Shown: piece after piece, positions 18,860 to 27,642 of the stretch
How the letters are laid out: each line of letters starts with the position of its first letter
Position numbering within the stretch: the first letter of the stretch is position 1
Origin: an uncultured Planctomycetia bacterium
GTDB taxonomy: Bacteria > Omnitrophota > Gorgyraeia > Tantalellales > Tantalellaceae
Direction of reading: 5' to 3'
NCBI GenBank assembly: GCA_964580895.1
Contig: CAZOMD010000001.1
Coordinates: 1-48,756, forward strand
Length of the DNA: 48,756 nucleotides
Program-made: the position numbers and the translations under genes
Notes under the pieces: generated by a model
Databases searched by the model: none
What the model was told of the DNA's origin: nothing
Seen by the model: the letters and a program-made list of their open reading frames with translations, nothing else

Positions 18860-20145
18860 CCTATCCTCTTGAACACCTTATCGATGTGCCTGAAATGATA
18901 ATCCAGCTCGAAACAATCTTCTATCTCGTCTTCCGATAAATATTTTTTTACTTTGCCGCTTTTAAGCACTTCGTCTTTATAATCGCTTGAAGAGTTAACG
19001 GCTTTAAGAGCGAGCTCCTGCACGATATCGTACGCTTCGTTCCTTGTCGCGCCTTTCTTTATGAGCTCCAGGAGGAACCTTTGGGAATAAATAAGGCCTT
19101 TCGTCGCGGTCAAGTTCCGCAGCATGCGGTCGTCGTTGACCACAAGATTGGCGATAAGGTCTCTCGTTTTCATAAGCATGTAGTCAAGAAGTATGGTCGA
19201 ATCTGGGATGATGACCCTTTCGACCGAAGAATGGGATATGTCTCTCTCGTGCCATAGCGCCACATTTTCTATCGCGGCTGTCGCGTTCCCCCTGAGTATC
19301 CTCGCCAGACCAGTTATGCGTTCCGAGATTATGGGGTTCATCTTGTGCGGCATACTTGAAGAACCCGTCTGCCCTTTCGCGAAATATTCCTGGACCTCGC
19401 CTATCTCGGTCTTTTGAAGCCCCCTCACTTCCAACGCGATCTTTTCGAGCGTCGCCCCCGTGATGGCCAGCATGTTAAGATAATAAGCGTGCCTGTCCCT
19501 CTGCAATACCTGGCTCGACACCCCTGCCGCTTTTAACCCGAGCTTTTTGCATACATGTTCCTCCACGTCCGGGTCGACGTTCGCGAACGTGCCTACGGAA
19601 CCGGAAATCTTCCCTACGGCGATGGTTTCTTTTGCGCTCTTAAGCCTTTCAATATTGCGCCCCATCTCCGTGTAATATATCGCGAGCTTAAGCCCGAAGG
19701 TTATCGGCTCCGCGTGAACCCCGTGAGACCGGCCTATCATCGGGGTCTTTTTATGCTTCAACGCTTTTTCCTTCAGCGCGTTCATGACAAGCTCGGCGTC
19801 TTTTATCAGAAGGTCCGCCGCCTCGGCCATCTGCGCCGAAAGCGCCGTATCGAGAATATCGCTGGAAGTAAGCCCAAAATGAAGATATTTCGCCTCTTCC
19901 CCGATATTTTCGGAGATGTTCTTTATGAAGGCCACAACGTCGTGATTTGTCTTCTCCTCGATCTCCCGTATCCTGTCAGCATCAAAGCAGGCTTTATCTT
20001 TTATTACCTTCAGCGCCGCCTTGGGGACGAGCCCTTTTTTCTCGAACGCTTCCGAGGCGAGTATCTCTATGTCCAGCATCTTGCGAAACCTGTTCTCCTC
20101 TTCCCATATCTTGCCCATCTCGGGCCTCGTATACCGTTTTATCAT
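18847..20145 (-). CDS. purB: Adenylosuccinate lyase
   Basis: The start MIKRYTRPEMGKIW matches the usual PurB N-terminus and follows AAAGAGGUGA. SSSMPHKMNP is the signature loop. The ORF extension to 20220 lies inside the leader element. Confidence 0.92.
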   Translation of the reverse strand: MIKRYTRPEMGKIWEEENRFRKMLDIEILASEAFEKKGLVPKAALKVIKDKACFDADRIREIEEKTNHDVVAFIKNISENIGEEAKYLHFGLTSSDILDTALSAQMAEAADLLIKDAELVMNALKEKALKHKKTPMIGRSHGVHAEPITFGLKLAIYYTEMGRNIERLKSAKETIAVGKISGSVGTFANVDPDVEEHVCKKLGLKAAGVSSQVLQRDRHAYYLNMLAITGATLEKIALEVRGLQKTEIGEVQEYFAKGQTGSSSMPHKMNPIISERITGLARILRGNATAAIENVALWHERDISHSSVERVIIPDSTILLDYMLMKTRDLIANLVVNDDRMLRNLTATKGLIYSQRFLLELIKKGATRNEAYDIVQELALKAVNSSSDYKDEVLKSGKVKKYLSEDEIEDCFELDYHFRHIDKVFKRIGLSG

Positions 20146-20198
20146 AACTTCGAAGTCACCTCTTTCTTCTTCCCTGACACAAAAATAATTTATCAACA

Positions 20199-20303
20199 GG
20201 CGGGTCCTGTCGGCGTCCATTCTGCGCGCATCCGCGTTTCACTTGTGCTGCGCTCGAATTCCCGCCGCCACCCGCTTATAACTACCAAACTCTTTCAACA
20301 GTC
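20199..20303 (-). promoter_or_regulatory. Conserved structured 5' leader of purB (candidate riboswitch, copy 2)
   Basis: Same two conserved blocks as 14751-14849, but the central hairpin is replaced by a short 12-nt segment. GCGGGU/ACCCGC can close the element. It ends 54 nt before the purB ATG. Confidence 0.6.
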
Positions 20304-20467
20304 TTAATTTTAAGATCACGGAACTCCTTCGGGACATGGCGAAAGCCGAAGAACCGCCCGCTTTACGCGCTCCATCTCCCCCCGGAGTATTTTTTATATC
20401 ATAGGTAATACCCCGTTGTCAATTCGTATCGGGTGCATGGTTTGCCGGATGGCCGGCTCATCGTGAA

Positions 20468-20580
20468 GAGTCAAAGAGTCAGAGTTGAGGGCTTGGGATG
20501 CGGTAATCTTTTCGGGATCGTCCCGGGTTACATTTAATGTGAGGTAATTCGCTGTACGTTCGCATTTTTCCTTGTCGGCG
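20468..20580 (+). repeat. Imperfect direct repeat, left copy (partner 42225-42312)
   Basis: Core gggttacatttaatgtgaggtaattcgc versus gggtaacatttaacgtgaggcaattcgc (25/28), with weaker flanking similarity (gagtcaa.ga, ccttgt..cgg). Confidence 0.6.
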
Positions 20581-20735
20581 CGCGATGAATAACCCTGCTT
20601 AGCGCGGGGAGAAACGTGAGCGGGAGGATCCACCCCGGGCGGAGGGGCCCACAAATGTTTTCCACGCGTTAAACTTTGCGGGCTTATTAAAAGAGAGGAC
20701 ATTTCTAAATTGGCCTCACAAACGGGAAATACAGC

Positions 20736-20764
20736 TTGCGCGCGCAAAAAAGATTTGTTATAAT
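20736..20764 (+). promoter_or_regulatory. Putative promoter of the initiator tRNA
   Basis: TTGCGC, 17 nt, TGtTATAAT (extended -10), placed about 20 nt before the tRNA 5' end. Confidence 0.55.
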
Positions 20765-20786
20765 CAAGCTTCAAATAAGCTTACGA

Positions 20787-20861
20787 CGCGGGGTGGAGCA
20801 GAGGTAGCTCGTGAGGCTCATAACCTCAAGGTCGGCGGTTCGATTCCGCCCCCCGCAACCA
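20787..20861 (+). tRNA. Initiator tRNA-fMet (anticodon CAU), CCA encoded
   Basis: CGCGGGG...CCCCGCA with the C1xA72 mismatch, an A11:U24 pair, anticodon loop CTCATAA, T loop TTCGATT. 75 nt. Confidence 0.92.
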
Positions 20862-20864
20862 GTT

Positions 20865-20903
20865 CAACAAAAAAACCCGTCTTTTAGACGGGTTTTTTTG
20901 TTG
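20865..20903 (+). terminator. Rho-independent (bidirectional) terminator after the tRNA
   Basis: Near-perfect palindrome caacaaaaaaacccgtc-tttta-gacgggtttttttgttg. Confidence 0.85.
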
Positions 20904-20974
20904 AACAGAGCATTAGAAATTAGAAAGTTGAGATTAGATCCTGGTGTGGCCTTCGGCTACGTCTTGAAAATAAT

Positions 20975-21022
20975 AAATTTCTAATGCGGTCGAATCTCCA
21001 ATTTCTGATTTCCCAATCACCC
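20975..21022 (+). repeat. Direct repeat Ra, copy 1 (partner 22255-22310), flanking the HEPN/MNT pair
   Basis: aaatttctaatgcggtcgaatctccaatttctgatttcccaatcaccc versus aaatttctagcgcggccggatctccaatctctaatttcatgatttcccgatcgccg. Confidence 0.7.
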
Positions 21023-21149
21023 TATTTTCAAAGAATCCTGTCCCCTCAAGTTGTATCGCCTTCGGGGATATTTGAGCAACTTCGGAACGTTTGTGAAAAT
21101 GAGCTCTCACGTATCCCGGACCCCGGCCTTTTATCTTCGTCAAGGCTGG

Positions 21150-21623
21150 CTAAAACTTGAAATGCTTCTGCGGGCTCTCTTTTTTTATCTCTTCTTTGAT
21201 AATATCAATAAATTCGCGAGCTGATTTTAAGGCGCTCTTTACGTCAGTCATGGAAACATGAAATTTCCACGGCTCGTAAATAAAATTATTCCGATTCTTA
21301 CGCATATAGTCAAATTTTTCGGTTAGCGCCTTATACCTATCGCCCAAAAAGTGCGCCGTAAAGCCAACAACGGTTTTGTGCTGAAAATTTGCCGAAGGCC
21401 TGAAGCCTTTAGTAAACACAAACGCCCTGCCCGCATGAAGCATAGCGGTGTATGCCGTTTCATACGCATGCCCTTCATCTATCAACAATAATTTTTCTGA
21501 AACCTTAAGATCCTTTTCGGCTCTTTGGATCACTTTTCTTACTTGATCGAACCCCACTTTTTCCGGTTTGATCAGTTTCTTTTCCAGATATTCACTTAAA
21601 AAATCTTCAGAGGCCATTTTCAT
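21150..21623 (-). CDS. HEPN-domain protein (toxin of a HEPN/MNT pair)
   Basis: 157 aa helical protein with an R-N-R-N-x-x-x-Y motif (MRKNRNNFIYEP). It overlaps the upstream MNT gene by 17 nt. Confidence 0.75.
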   Translation of the reverse strand: MKMASEDFLSEYLEKKLIKPEKVGFDQVRKVIQRAEKDLKVSEKLLLIDEGHAYETAYTAMLHAGRAFVFTKGFRPSANFQHKTVVGFTAHFLGDRYKALTEKFDYMRKNRNNFIYEPWKFHVSMTDVKSALKSAREFIDIIKEEIKKESPQKHFKF

Positions 21624-22179
21624 TCCCCTTTATGAAAATTTTCTTACCGTTGACAATTTCTAATATGAAAGAATTTTTCTTTTTCTTTTCCTTTTTGTAT
21701 TCGCTTTCCGAGTAGCGCGTGTAATTAATTTCTTTGAATAACTTCTTTTCTATGTTGTTTATCGCCCCTATCAGTCCGCCCTCGTCAATATTGTCCCCTA
21801 TCAAAAACACATCAACGTCGCTATCCTGTCTTTCGTCGCCTTTCGCGAAAGATCCGTATATAAAAGCGGTTTTAACGCCCCTTACCCCGGGGATAGCGTC
21901 TTTTAAGAACTTTATAACACCATCGGTTTTATAGATGATGTTTTTAATTTCTTCATAAACCGGGTTTTGCTTATTCAAAGAAAACAGTTTTATATTGCCG
22001 ATCCGTCGCGCCTTGAGTATCCCCAAAGAGTTGAGCTTCGTTAGCTCTCTATGAAGCGCGCCTACCGATATGTGGTAGAGGCCGGCCAGCTGGCGGGTGT
22101 AGTATTCGGTATCGGGCGATTCGACGAACGCCTTCAGTATTCTTTGGCGAGTTTTTGAGCCTATTATGTTTTTTAACAT
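21607..22179 (-). CDS. Winged-HTH fused to a minimal nucleotidyltransferase (MNT antitoxin-like)
   Basis: N-terminal ArsR-like wHTH (RQRILKAF...YTRQLAGLYHISVGALHRELTKL). Nucleotidyltransferase motif YGSFAKGDERQDSDVDVFLIGD. Confidence 0.8.
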   Translation of the reverse strand: MLKNIIGSKTRQRILKAFVESPDTEYYTRQLAGLYHISVGALHRELTKLNSLGILKARRIGNIKLFSLNKQNPVYEEIKNIIYKTDGVIKFLKDAIPGVRGVKTAFIYGSFAKGDERQDSDVDVFLIGDNIDEGGLIGAINNIEKKLFKEINYTRYSESEYKKEKKKKNSFILEIVNGKKIFIKGNENGL

Positions 22180-22182
22180 ATT

Positions 22183-22220
22183 GTTCTCATTTTGAGAACA
22201 ATTGTACTCATTTTGAGAAC
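22183..22220. promoter_or_regulatory. Operator-like palindromes upstream of the wHTH-MNT gene
   Basis: GTTCTCattttGAGAAC inverted repeat, followed 7 nt later by a second CTCATTTTGAGAAC. Starts 4 nt upstream of the start codon. Confidence 0.55.
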
Positions 22221-22254
22221 GAAAGTCAAGTTTTAACTCGGTTTGGCAATACCA

Positions 22255-22310
22255 AAATTTCTAGCGCGGCCGGATCTCCAATCTCTAATTTCATGATTTC
22301 CCGATCGCCG
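22255..22310 (+). repeat. Direct repeat Ra, copy 2
   Basis: See 20975-21022. Confidence 0.7.
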
Positions 22311-22338
22311 ATCCGCGCCGGGCCGCGCATTTTCGGGT

Positions 22339-22731
22339 TTATACGATCTCGTCGCTGCGCCCCGTCGTTATGGTCCCCTTTTTACACTTTGGGCACTTCA
22401 GCCCCTTTGAGCCGATAAACATGTCCACCTCGTTCATGGGTTTACCGCATCTTGAGCAGTTAATATCGTCCTTTTCCGGATCGAGCTGTTTTACTTTACC
22501 GCAGGAAAAACACATGAAGTCCTCGAGCCGCCCTATCTTGTTTTCCTCGAGCAGCTCTTCGCGGCTTTTCCCCGTTAATCTTTTCATCAGTTCCCCGACC
22601 CGGTCGCTGAACAATCCCGGCCCGGGCGGGAGAACGAGCTCTCTTTCACCGTTATTGAGCTCAAAATAATCCGCGGGCCACATCCCGCCGACAAATACGA
22701 ATTTACACGTGTCGCAGTAAACTTTGAACAT
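22339..22731 (-). CDS. Hypothetical zinc-ribbon protein
   Basis: 130 aa with four CxxC pairs (CDTC, CFSC, CSRC, CPKC). Confidence 0.6.
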   Translation of the reverse strand: MFKVYCDTCKFVFVGGMWPADYFELNNGERELVLPPGPGLFSDRVGELMKRLTGKSREELLEENKIGRLEDFMCFSCGKVKQLDPEKDDINCSRCGKPMNEVDMFIGSKGLKCPKCKKGTITTGRSDEIV

Positions 22732-22811
22732 TATGGTAGTCCTTTCCCCTCACATCCGGACGCTTCCCATTGCTCTTTCGTCTATGGATATGCCCTTCCC
22801 TCTTTTCGTCA

Positions 22812-23621
22812 TTAAGAACGTTGCCAAACAATGCGATCAACTTCTTCCGTAATATCCCTAAAAATTTCGTCTTTTGAAGTTTTTGTTAACACTGCGAACC
22901 CATACGACCTGCCCGTTCCGCTCACAAGATAATGCGCATAGCTGACAACAATATCTTCGTAACCATCGTTATTCAGATCTCCCATAACTTCTAACGAAAG
23001 TATATGGCTGGGGAATTCGTCATTATATCTCTCACCTTCATCCACGTTATAAAAATCTTCGTCGAAAGTATCATAAAGAGATATGCTATTTTTTGATGAT
23101 CCAATAATTCTCGCGTTAGGAGACACTTTTCTCCACGATCGTTTTTGTTGTATCGCGGTCTCGATAAACTCCCTCTGCTCGGAACCTGCCCAGGAAACAA
23201 AATCGGCCGGCAAAATGGATAGGGGATCTTCGCTTTGAAAACTGAAATCCCTCACATAAGAATATTTTGATGGCTTTGCGTGCTTATAGTAGATCAGGGG
23301 CATAGCGGTCCCTTCAAAAAGCCCTCCATCTATAATGTCGTATGTGGTGTATAGATTAAGCCTATACCCCTTTAGAGAATTCTCGTAGTACTCCGATGGA
23401 GTGTTAGTGAAATCGTCCGAGCCTATCTCATCTTTAACCATTTTAAAATTAAACGGTTTTTCTGTATTGGTATTGATCACGGGTGCATTCATTTTTTCTG
23501 TCAATTCTTGCTCGGACAATTTTGTCCAGCCATCACTATAGATCATGGGCTCATAAGCATATGATTGCTTGCACAAAAAAAACGAACAAATACTTACAGC
23601 CATCAAAATCACTCTTTTCAT
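22812..23621 (-). CDS. Hypothetical secreted protein with an FG-GAP/VCBS-like motif
   Basis: Signal peptide MKRVILMAVSICSFFLCKQSYA (start taken at this Met). DLNNDGYEDIVV motif near the C-terminus. Confidence 0.55.
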   Translation of the reverse strand: MKRVILMAVSICSFFLCKQSYAYEPMIYSDGWTKLSEQELTEKMNAPVINTNTEKPFNFKMVKDEIGSDDFTNTPSEYYENSLKGYRLNLYTTYDIIDGGLFEGTAMPLIYYKHAKPSKYSYVRDFSFQSEDPLSILPADFVSWAGSEQREFIETAIQQKRSWRKVSPNARIIGSSKNSISLYDTFDEDFYNVDEGERYNDEFPSHILSLEVMGDLNNDGYEDIVVSYAHYLVSGTGRSYGFAVLTKTSKDEIFRDITEEVDRIVWQRS

Positions 23622-23673
23622 CGCACACCCCATAATGTCGCGTAAATATCGTCGCTTTAATCCCACAGCGGGT

Positions 23674-23703
23674 ACGAAACTACTCCCACACCTGTATTTT
23701 TTT
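23674..23703 (+). repeat. 30-nt direct repeat Rb, copy 1 (identical at 27588-27617)
   Basis: acgaaactactcccacacctgtattttttt occurs at both positions. Confidence 0.8.
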
Positions 23704-23892
23704 TAATCCCACACCTGCCGTTTAACTAAATTGGTGGCGGCGCGGGTTACTTGATATCTTCAAATATTAACGAGAACACGGGGACAGGTCCGGGATTATT
23801 TTAGGGCGCAGCTCCCCGATCGTTCTCGGTAACGTCCCGACCCTCATAACGATCCCCTTTATCGGGCCTATCCTCTTCTGCTTATTGCGCTA

Positions 23893-24657
23893 TTATTTCA
23901 ACTCGAATGAGGCCGTTACTACCGCCATAACCTTTTTATCGAGTGATGTAGTGTCGTTCATCCCCCAATCGGAGACGTCCGTCGAAGTGATAGGCGTGAT
24001 CTGGAATACGCCCATCCTCGCCGCGCGCATAAAGCCTATCTTATTACCCGTTGCATTGGCCATGCTTTCGGCCCGCTGTTTGGCATTCTCTGTGGCTTTG
24101 GCGAGCATATCGATCTTCAATTCATCCAATTTTGTGTAAAAATAATCGGGCATATGCGAGGCGAACTGAACTCCCTGGTCGATCAGGTCCGTTGACTCCC
24201 GCGATACCATGGTTATCTTATCGACATTATTTGATCTAACTTCAACGTTTTGGGTCAATCGGTACCCTTGTATATCGTTCGTATCGTTCCCTTTTTCGTT
24301 CTTCTTGTAGACCGTTTCCGTCGCTACCTGGGAGATAATGATCTCCTTGTCTTTTACGCCTTTAGCCGCGAGATACGCTTTTACCTTAGCGAGGTCTTCT
24401 TTTAACAGACTATACGCCGTCTTTAGGTCTATTTCCAACCTTGAGAGCTCTCCATACCATACGATATAATCACTCCGGATCTCTTTCGTCGCTGACCCCG
24501 TAACGCTTATTTGTTCTCTTGTAAATTTCATTACTTTCAGGAACCCGCCCGACAGAATAACGCTTGCCGCTACCGTCGCCACCACGATACACAGTCCCAA
24601 CACCACGATCTGCGAATCTTTTAAGAACCTTCCTTTTTCCATGTTTCGCCCTTTCAT
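23893..24657 (-). CDS. SIMPL/DUF541-like membrane-anchored protein
   Basis: An N-terminal TM, then ISVTGSATKE...GYRLTQNVEVRS...AKATENAKQRAESMANATG, which resembles the YggE/SIMPL layout. Confidence 0.55.
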   Translation of the reverse strand: MKGRNMEKGRFLKDSQIVVLGLCIVVATVAASVILSGGFLKVMKFTREQISVTGSATKEIRSDYIVWYGELSRLEIDLKTAYSLLKEDLAKVKAYLAAKGVKDKEIIISQVATETVYKKNEKGNDTNDIQGYRLTQNVEVRSNNVDKITMVSRESTDLIDQGVQFASHMPDYFYTKLDELKIDMLAKATENAKQRAESMANATGNKIGFMRAARMGVFQITPITSTDVSDWGMNDTTSLDKKVMAVVTASFELK

Positions 24658-24757
24658 TTTCTAACTTTTGAAGAACATGTTGCATTCTGTCCTCATGTTC
24701 ATATTAACTATATACTTTTGATAATGCTCCCGTATCTTTTGCATAATCATACAAATA

Positions 24758-27157
24758 TTACCCGGTTTCGTTTTCAGATGCTTCAAGCTCCTTTATCAAG
24801 CTCTCATTTGTTGTTATGTGTAAGAGTATCTTTGCTAACCCCTTCATAAGAAATGACGTCATTTCGGCCGGCTCATAGTTAACGCCACTGTTACTTTGCT
24901 CCTGTCCTTCCTCAAGCCTTAGGCGTTGATTAAATTCATAATACATAACGAGAGAAATCAAATATACGGCGGTTTTATAAGTTCTTGTAATCCGGGCTAT
25001 ATTCTCTCCCGTTATTTTTCGACTCCTTATGTAATTATCTAATTCCCGTGGCTCCATATTTACAGATACAGCATCCACTAGAGACTCCTCCCCACTCGAT
25101 TCATGAATTTTACAAATATCTAATTCCGTCCAGTTATAATCTTCGTCTTCCCAAAATTTTCTTCGAGAGCTGTCTTTGTCTTCTTCCTTCTTTCTCCGAT
25201 AAACTTCAGTTAATTTGGGCAACGAATACTCTTTCTTTGCATCATATTCCCTCTCTGTTCTCTTCTCTTGGGGATTATCTATTTTTACCTCTGCTATTAG
25301 CGAGAACGAACCACCAGGAGAACTCATTTCTATATCTATGGGAATTACAGTCCCTACGGGTATTGTAACATTAGGCCTAATCCTCAATTTTATATTGCCT
25401 TCGTTGGGGCCAACGACGTTAACATCCAAGATTTCCTCATCATCTGATCCGGGCTCTATTTCTCCCACTCCCGTTCGGATATGCGGTTTGCGCACCCGGA
25501 CTTTTAACTCGCCTTTATCGTGAGGCCTAATCAAGTATTCATCCTCTACATCAGTGCCTATTTCAATTTTGCATTCTCCATTCTGCGGTAACATTTTAAT
25601 GTTTCCGGGGTGTAAATTCTTGAACTTAAAAATACTTGGGTATCTTTTACCTTTAAAGACTTCTTCACCCGATTTATCTTTTTGTTTTTTGATTTTCTTA
25701 ATCTCGTTACTCAAGAGCCCTCCCTGCAACCCAAGTAATTTTTTGATTTCAGCATCATCGCTAAGTAACTTGCCCATAATTTTTCTTAAAAACTCTTCAT
25801 CCTTGGGGTTTTGGTATATTTGGTCGCGTCTCCATTCCTCATCTAATGCGGTTAAATATTCATCATCTCGGAGCTCTCTTGCTACAGTTTCAACCAAGTT
25901 TCTATATTCTTCCCTGTCGCGCATGTTGTCCCTGGATGACATAAATATATCTTCATGCAAAGTTCTTGGCATATTCGAACAATCAACATTAACTAAAATG
26001 TGCCCCTTTAGATATGCTTTCTTTGCCTTTGAAGTAATGAAGGAATTGTTCAATGAATGCTGGACTTGGCCGTTTACCGTGAAAACAACTGCCATGTCGT
26101 CAATAAATTCGTCCGCTGATACTTCTTTGTTAAAAACAAACACTTCTACATTATATTTTGTGCCATCAGAAGATACGCTCATTTTAAAGGTTTTCTTCAG
26201 GGACTCCTTGCCGTCCAACAAAACTCGCGTTCTATTCCCATGCATAATTTTTGTCGGTGAATGCCCTTTTGTAAATCGCCTCTCGCAAATTAAAATAGGC
26301 AAGGCGGCTTTGTATAAATATCTATTTAAATCTCTCCATAAATCCAAGGTTGCATCTGACGCTCTTCGTAAATCATAATGATACAATTTTATGTAGGTAC
26401 CCCCCTCAAATTTTCTATTTTCTAAACCTAAATCTACGGGTTTACTTATAAATTCGAGAATTTTCTTATCACTATCTACACAATATTCAAACCAAGATAC
26501 TTTATCGTTTTCATCACCGCGATTCCGGCGAACAAGAGTAAAGCCATAAGCACCGTCATCTCCTGCCCCATTAAGATTGCGCTTTGATATTATAAGCTGA
26601 TACCGCTTTTCCCCACAAAAAGGCAACACTGCGGTACCTCCCATATTGTATTTCCCTTGGACAAAAAACACATTTGCCTTATTGCCTTGGTTCAGGGAAA
26701 CGAATGTTTTGGGGAAATCCTGCGGATTTTGTCCTTCCCCATTATCGTATATAACAATATTGGGTTTCTTTTTTGACCCCTGTACGATAATTTGTATATC
26801 TGCCGCGAGATTTCGACGTTCTCTATCTGATAAATTTGCGTATGATTCATCTGTTAGGTTAAAATATTTCTGCAATGCTTCTTCCATGGATCGCGGGCTA
26901 TCATGCCCCCTCGGGTCATCTCCATGCATCTTGCATTTCTTTATTAACAAAGCATCTATGGAATTGGTGATTTTTTCTATTAGAGAGGGGACGGATTTTG
27001 CTGATTGTCCGGTCACGGTTCCTATGTTGTTGGCTGCTTGGCCATAGTGCACCCAGTTTTCTTTTTTTCTCAAAACTGGGTGATCCTCAATAATCGAACT
27101 TACCTTTTCTTCGGTTTCAGCACTTGCTAAGGCTAAACACAACTGATCGTTCGTCAT
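24758..27157 (-). CDS. Large GHKL (Bergerat-fold, MORC/MutL-like) ATPase with an uncharacterised 450-aa C-terminal region
   Basis: N-box SLIEKITNSIDALL, G1 IVIYDNGEGQ, G2 GKYNMGGTAV. The gene is AT-rich. Confidence 0.7.
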   Translation of the reverse strand: MTNDQLCLALASAETEEKVSSIIEDHPVLRKKENWVHYGQAANNIGTVTGQSAKSVPSLIEKITNSIDALLIKKCKMHGDDPRGHDSPRSMEEALQKYFNLTDESYANLSDRERRNLAADIQIIVQGSKKKPNIVIYDNGEGQNPQDFPKTFVSLNQGNKANVFFVQGKYNMGGTAVLPFCGEKRYQLIISKRNLNGAGDDGAYGFTLVRRNRGDENDKVSWFEYCVDSDKKILEFISKPVDLGLENRKFEGGTYIKLYHYDLRRASDATLDLWRDLNRYLYKAALPILICERRFTKGHSPTKIMHGNRTRVLLDGKESLKKTFKMSVSSDGTKYNVEVFVFNKEVSADEFIDDMAVVFTVNGQVQHSLNNSFITSKAKKAYLKGHILVNVDCSNMPRTLHEDIFMSSRDNMRDREEYRNLVETVARELRDDEYLTALDEEWRRDQIYQNPKDEEFLRKIMGKLLSDDAEIKKLLGLQGGLLSNEIKKIKKQKDKSGEEVFKGKRYPSIFKFKNLHPGNIKMLPQNGECKIEIGTDVEDEYLIRPHDKGELKVRVRKPHIRTGVGEIEPGSDDEEILDVNVVGPNEGNIKLRIRPNVTIPVGTVIPIDIEMSSPGGSFSLIAEVKIDNPQEKRTEREYDAKKEYSLPKLTEVYRRKKEEDKDSSRRKFWEDEDYNWTELDICKIHESSGEESLVDAVSVNMEPRELDNYIRSRKITGENIARITRTYKTAVYLISLVMYYEFNQRLRLEEGQEQSNSGVNYEPAEMTSFLMKGLAKILLHITTNESLIKELEASENETG

Positions 27158-27198
27158 ATTTCTCTCCGGAAAAATTTTCTTTTCTTCCTTACTTGTAC

Positions 27199-27429
27199 TT
27201 ATAAAGTAAATTTGTTGGACTTTGCTTTACTGTTAAAAAGCGCCTTAATCCTTTTTAGCTCAGAATCAATAGCAGAGAATATTTTTGCCACTTCCTCATC
27301 CGCGTATTCATAGACCCCGCGGTTAGAACAGTTCCCCAACTTGCGTAATCCATCCAATACTTTTTCAGTTCTTTTTGAAGCAATTCTTTTAAACCTTTGT
27401 TGTTTAACTTCTTTAATGGGTAAGTTCAT
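27199..27429 (-). CDS. Small helical protein of unknown function, first gene of the GHKL operon
   Basis: 76 aa and basic. Preceded by AAAAGGAGAG and a consensus promoter. 41 nt upstream of the GHKL gene. Confidence 0.6.
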   Translation of the reverse strand: MNLPIKEVKQQRFKRIASKRTEKVLDGLRKLGNCSNRGVYEYADEEVAKIFSAIDSELKRIKALFNSKAKSNKFTL

Positions 27430-27462
27430 ACTGCTCTCCTTTTGCTAATATTCCACAAATAG

Positions 27463-27490
27463 ATTATAGCATTTTCACAATATTTGTCAA
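27463..27490 (-). promoter_or_regulatory. Near-consensus sigma70 promoter for the 76-aa/GHKL operon
   Basis: Minus strand reads TTGACA, 16 nt, TGcTATAAT (extended -10). Confidence 0.7.
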
Positions 27491-27587
27491 CTATTTGCGT
27501 TATATTTGCAATATATTTTTTAAATATATTAGGAACTCTGGACGATGCGGTGTTTGTGCTACAACTTCTATTATCCAGACAACGGAC

Positions 27588-27642
27588 ACGAAACTACTCC
27601 CACACCTGTATTTTTTTGTTCGGAAACCCATCCCTGATTTTA
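27588..27642 (+). repeat. Direct repeat Rb copy 2, extended by Rb' (partner 28811-28848)
   Basis: 27588-27617 equals 23674-23703. acctgtatttttttgttcggaaacccatccctgatttta matches acctgtattgttttgttcggaagcccacccttattcta, and these two copies flank the HEPN gene. Confidence 0.75.

Noticed and set aside
20146-20220. 25-codon N-terminal extension of purB
   Set aside because: It lies within the conserved leader RNA. The canonical PurB N-terminus and a good RBS occur at 20145.
20394-20774. 126-aa minus-strand ORF between the purB leader and tRNA-fMet
   Set aside because: The translation is low-complexity (P/S/A-rich) with no RBS and no recognisable motif. It overlaps repeat elements and the tRNA promoter, so I treat it as non-coding.
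20934-21143. 69-aa minus-strand ORF after the tRNA terminator
   Set aside because: It overlaps repeat Ra and an attagaa/ttctaat inverted-repeat region, and has no RBS or motif.
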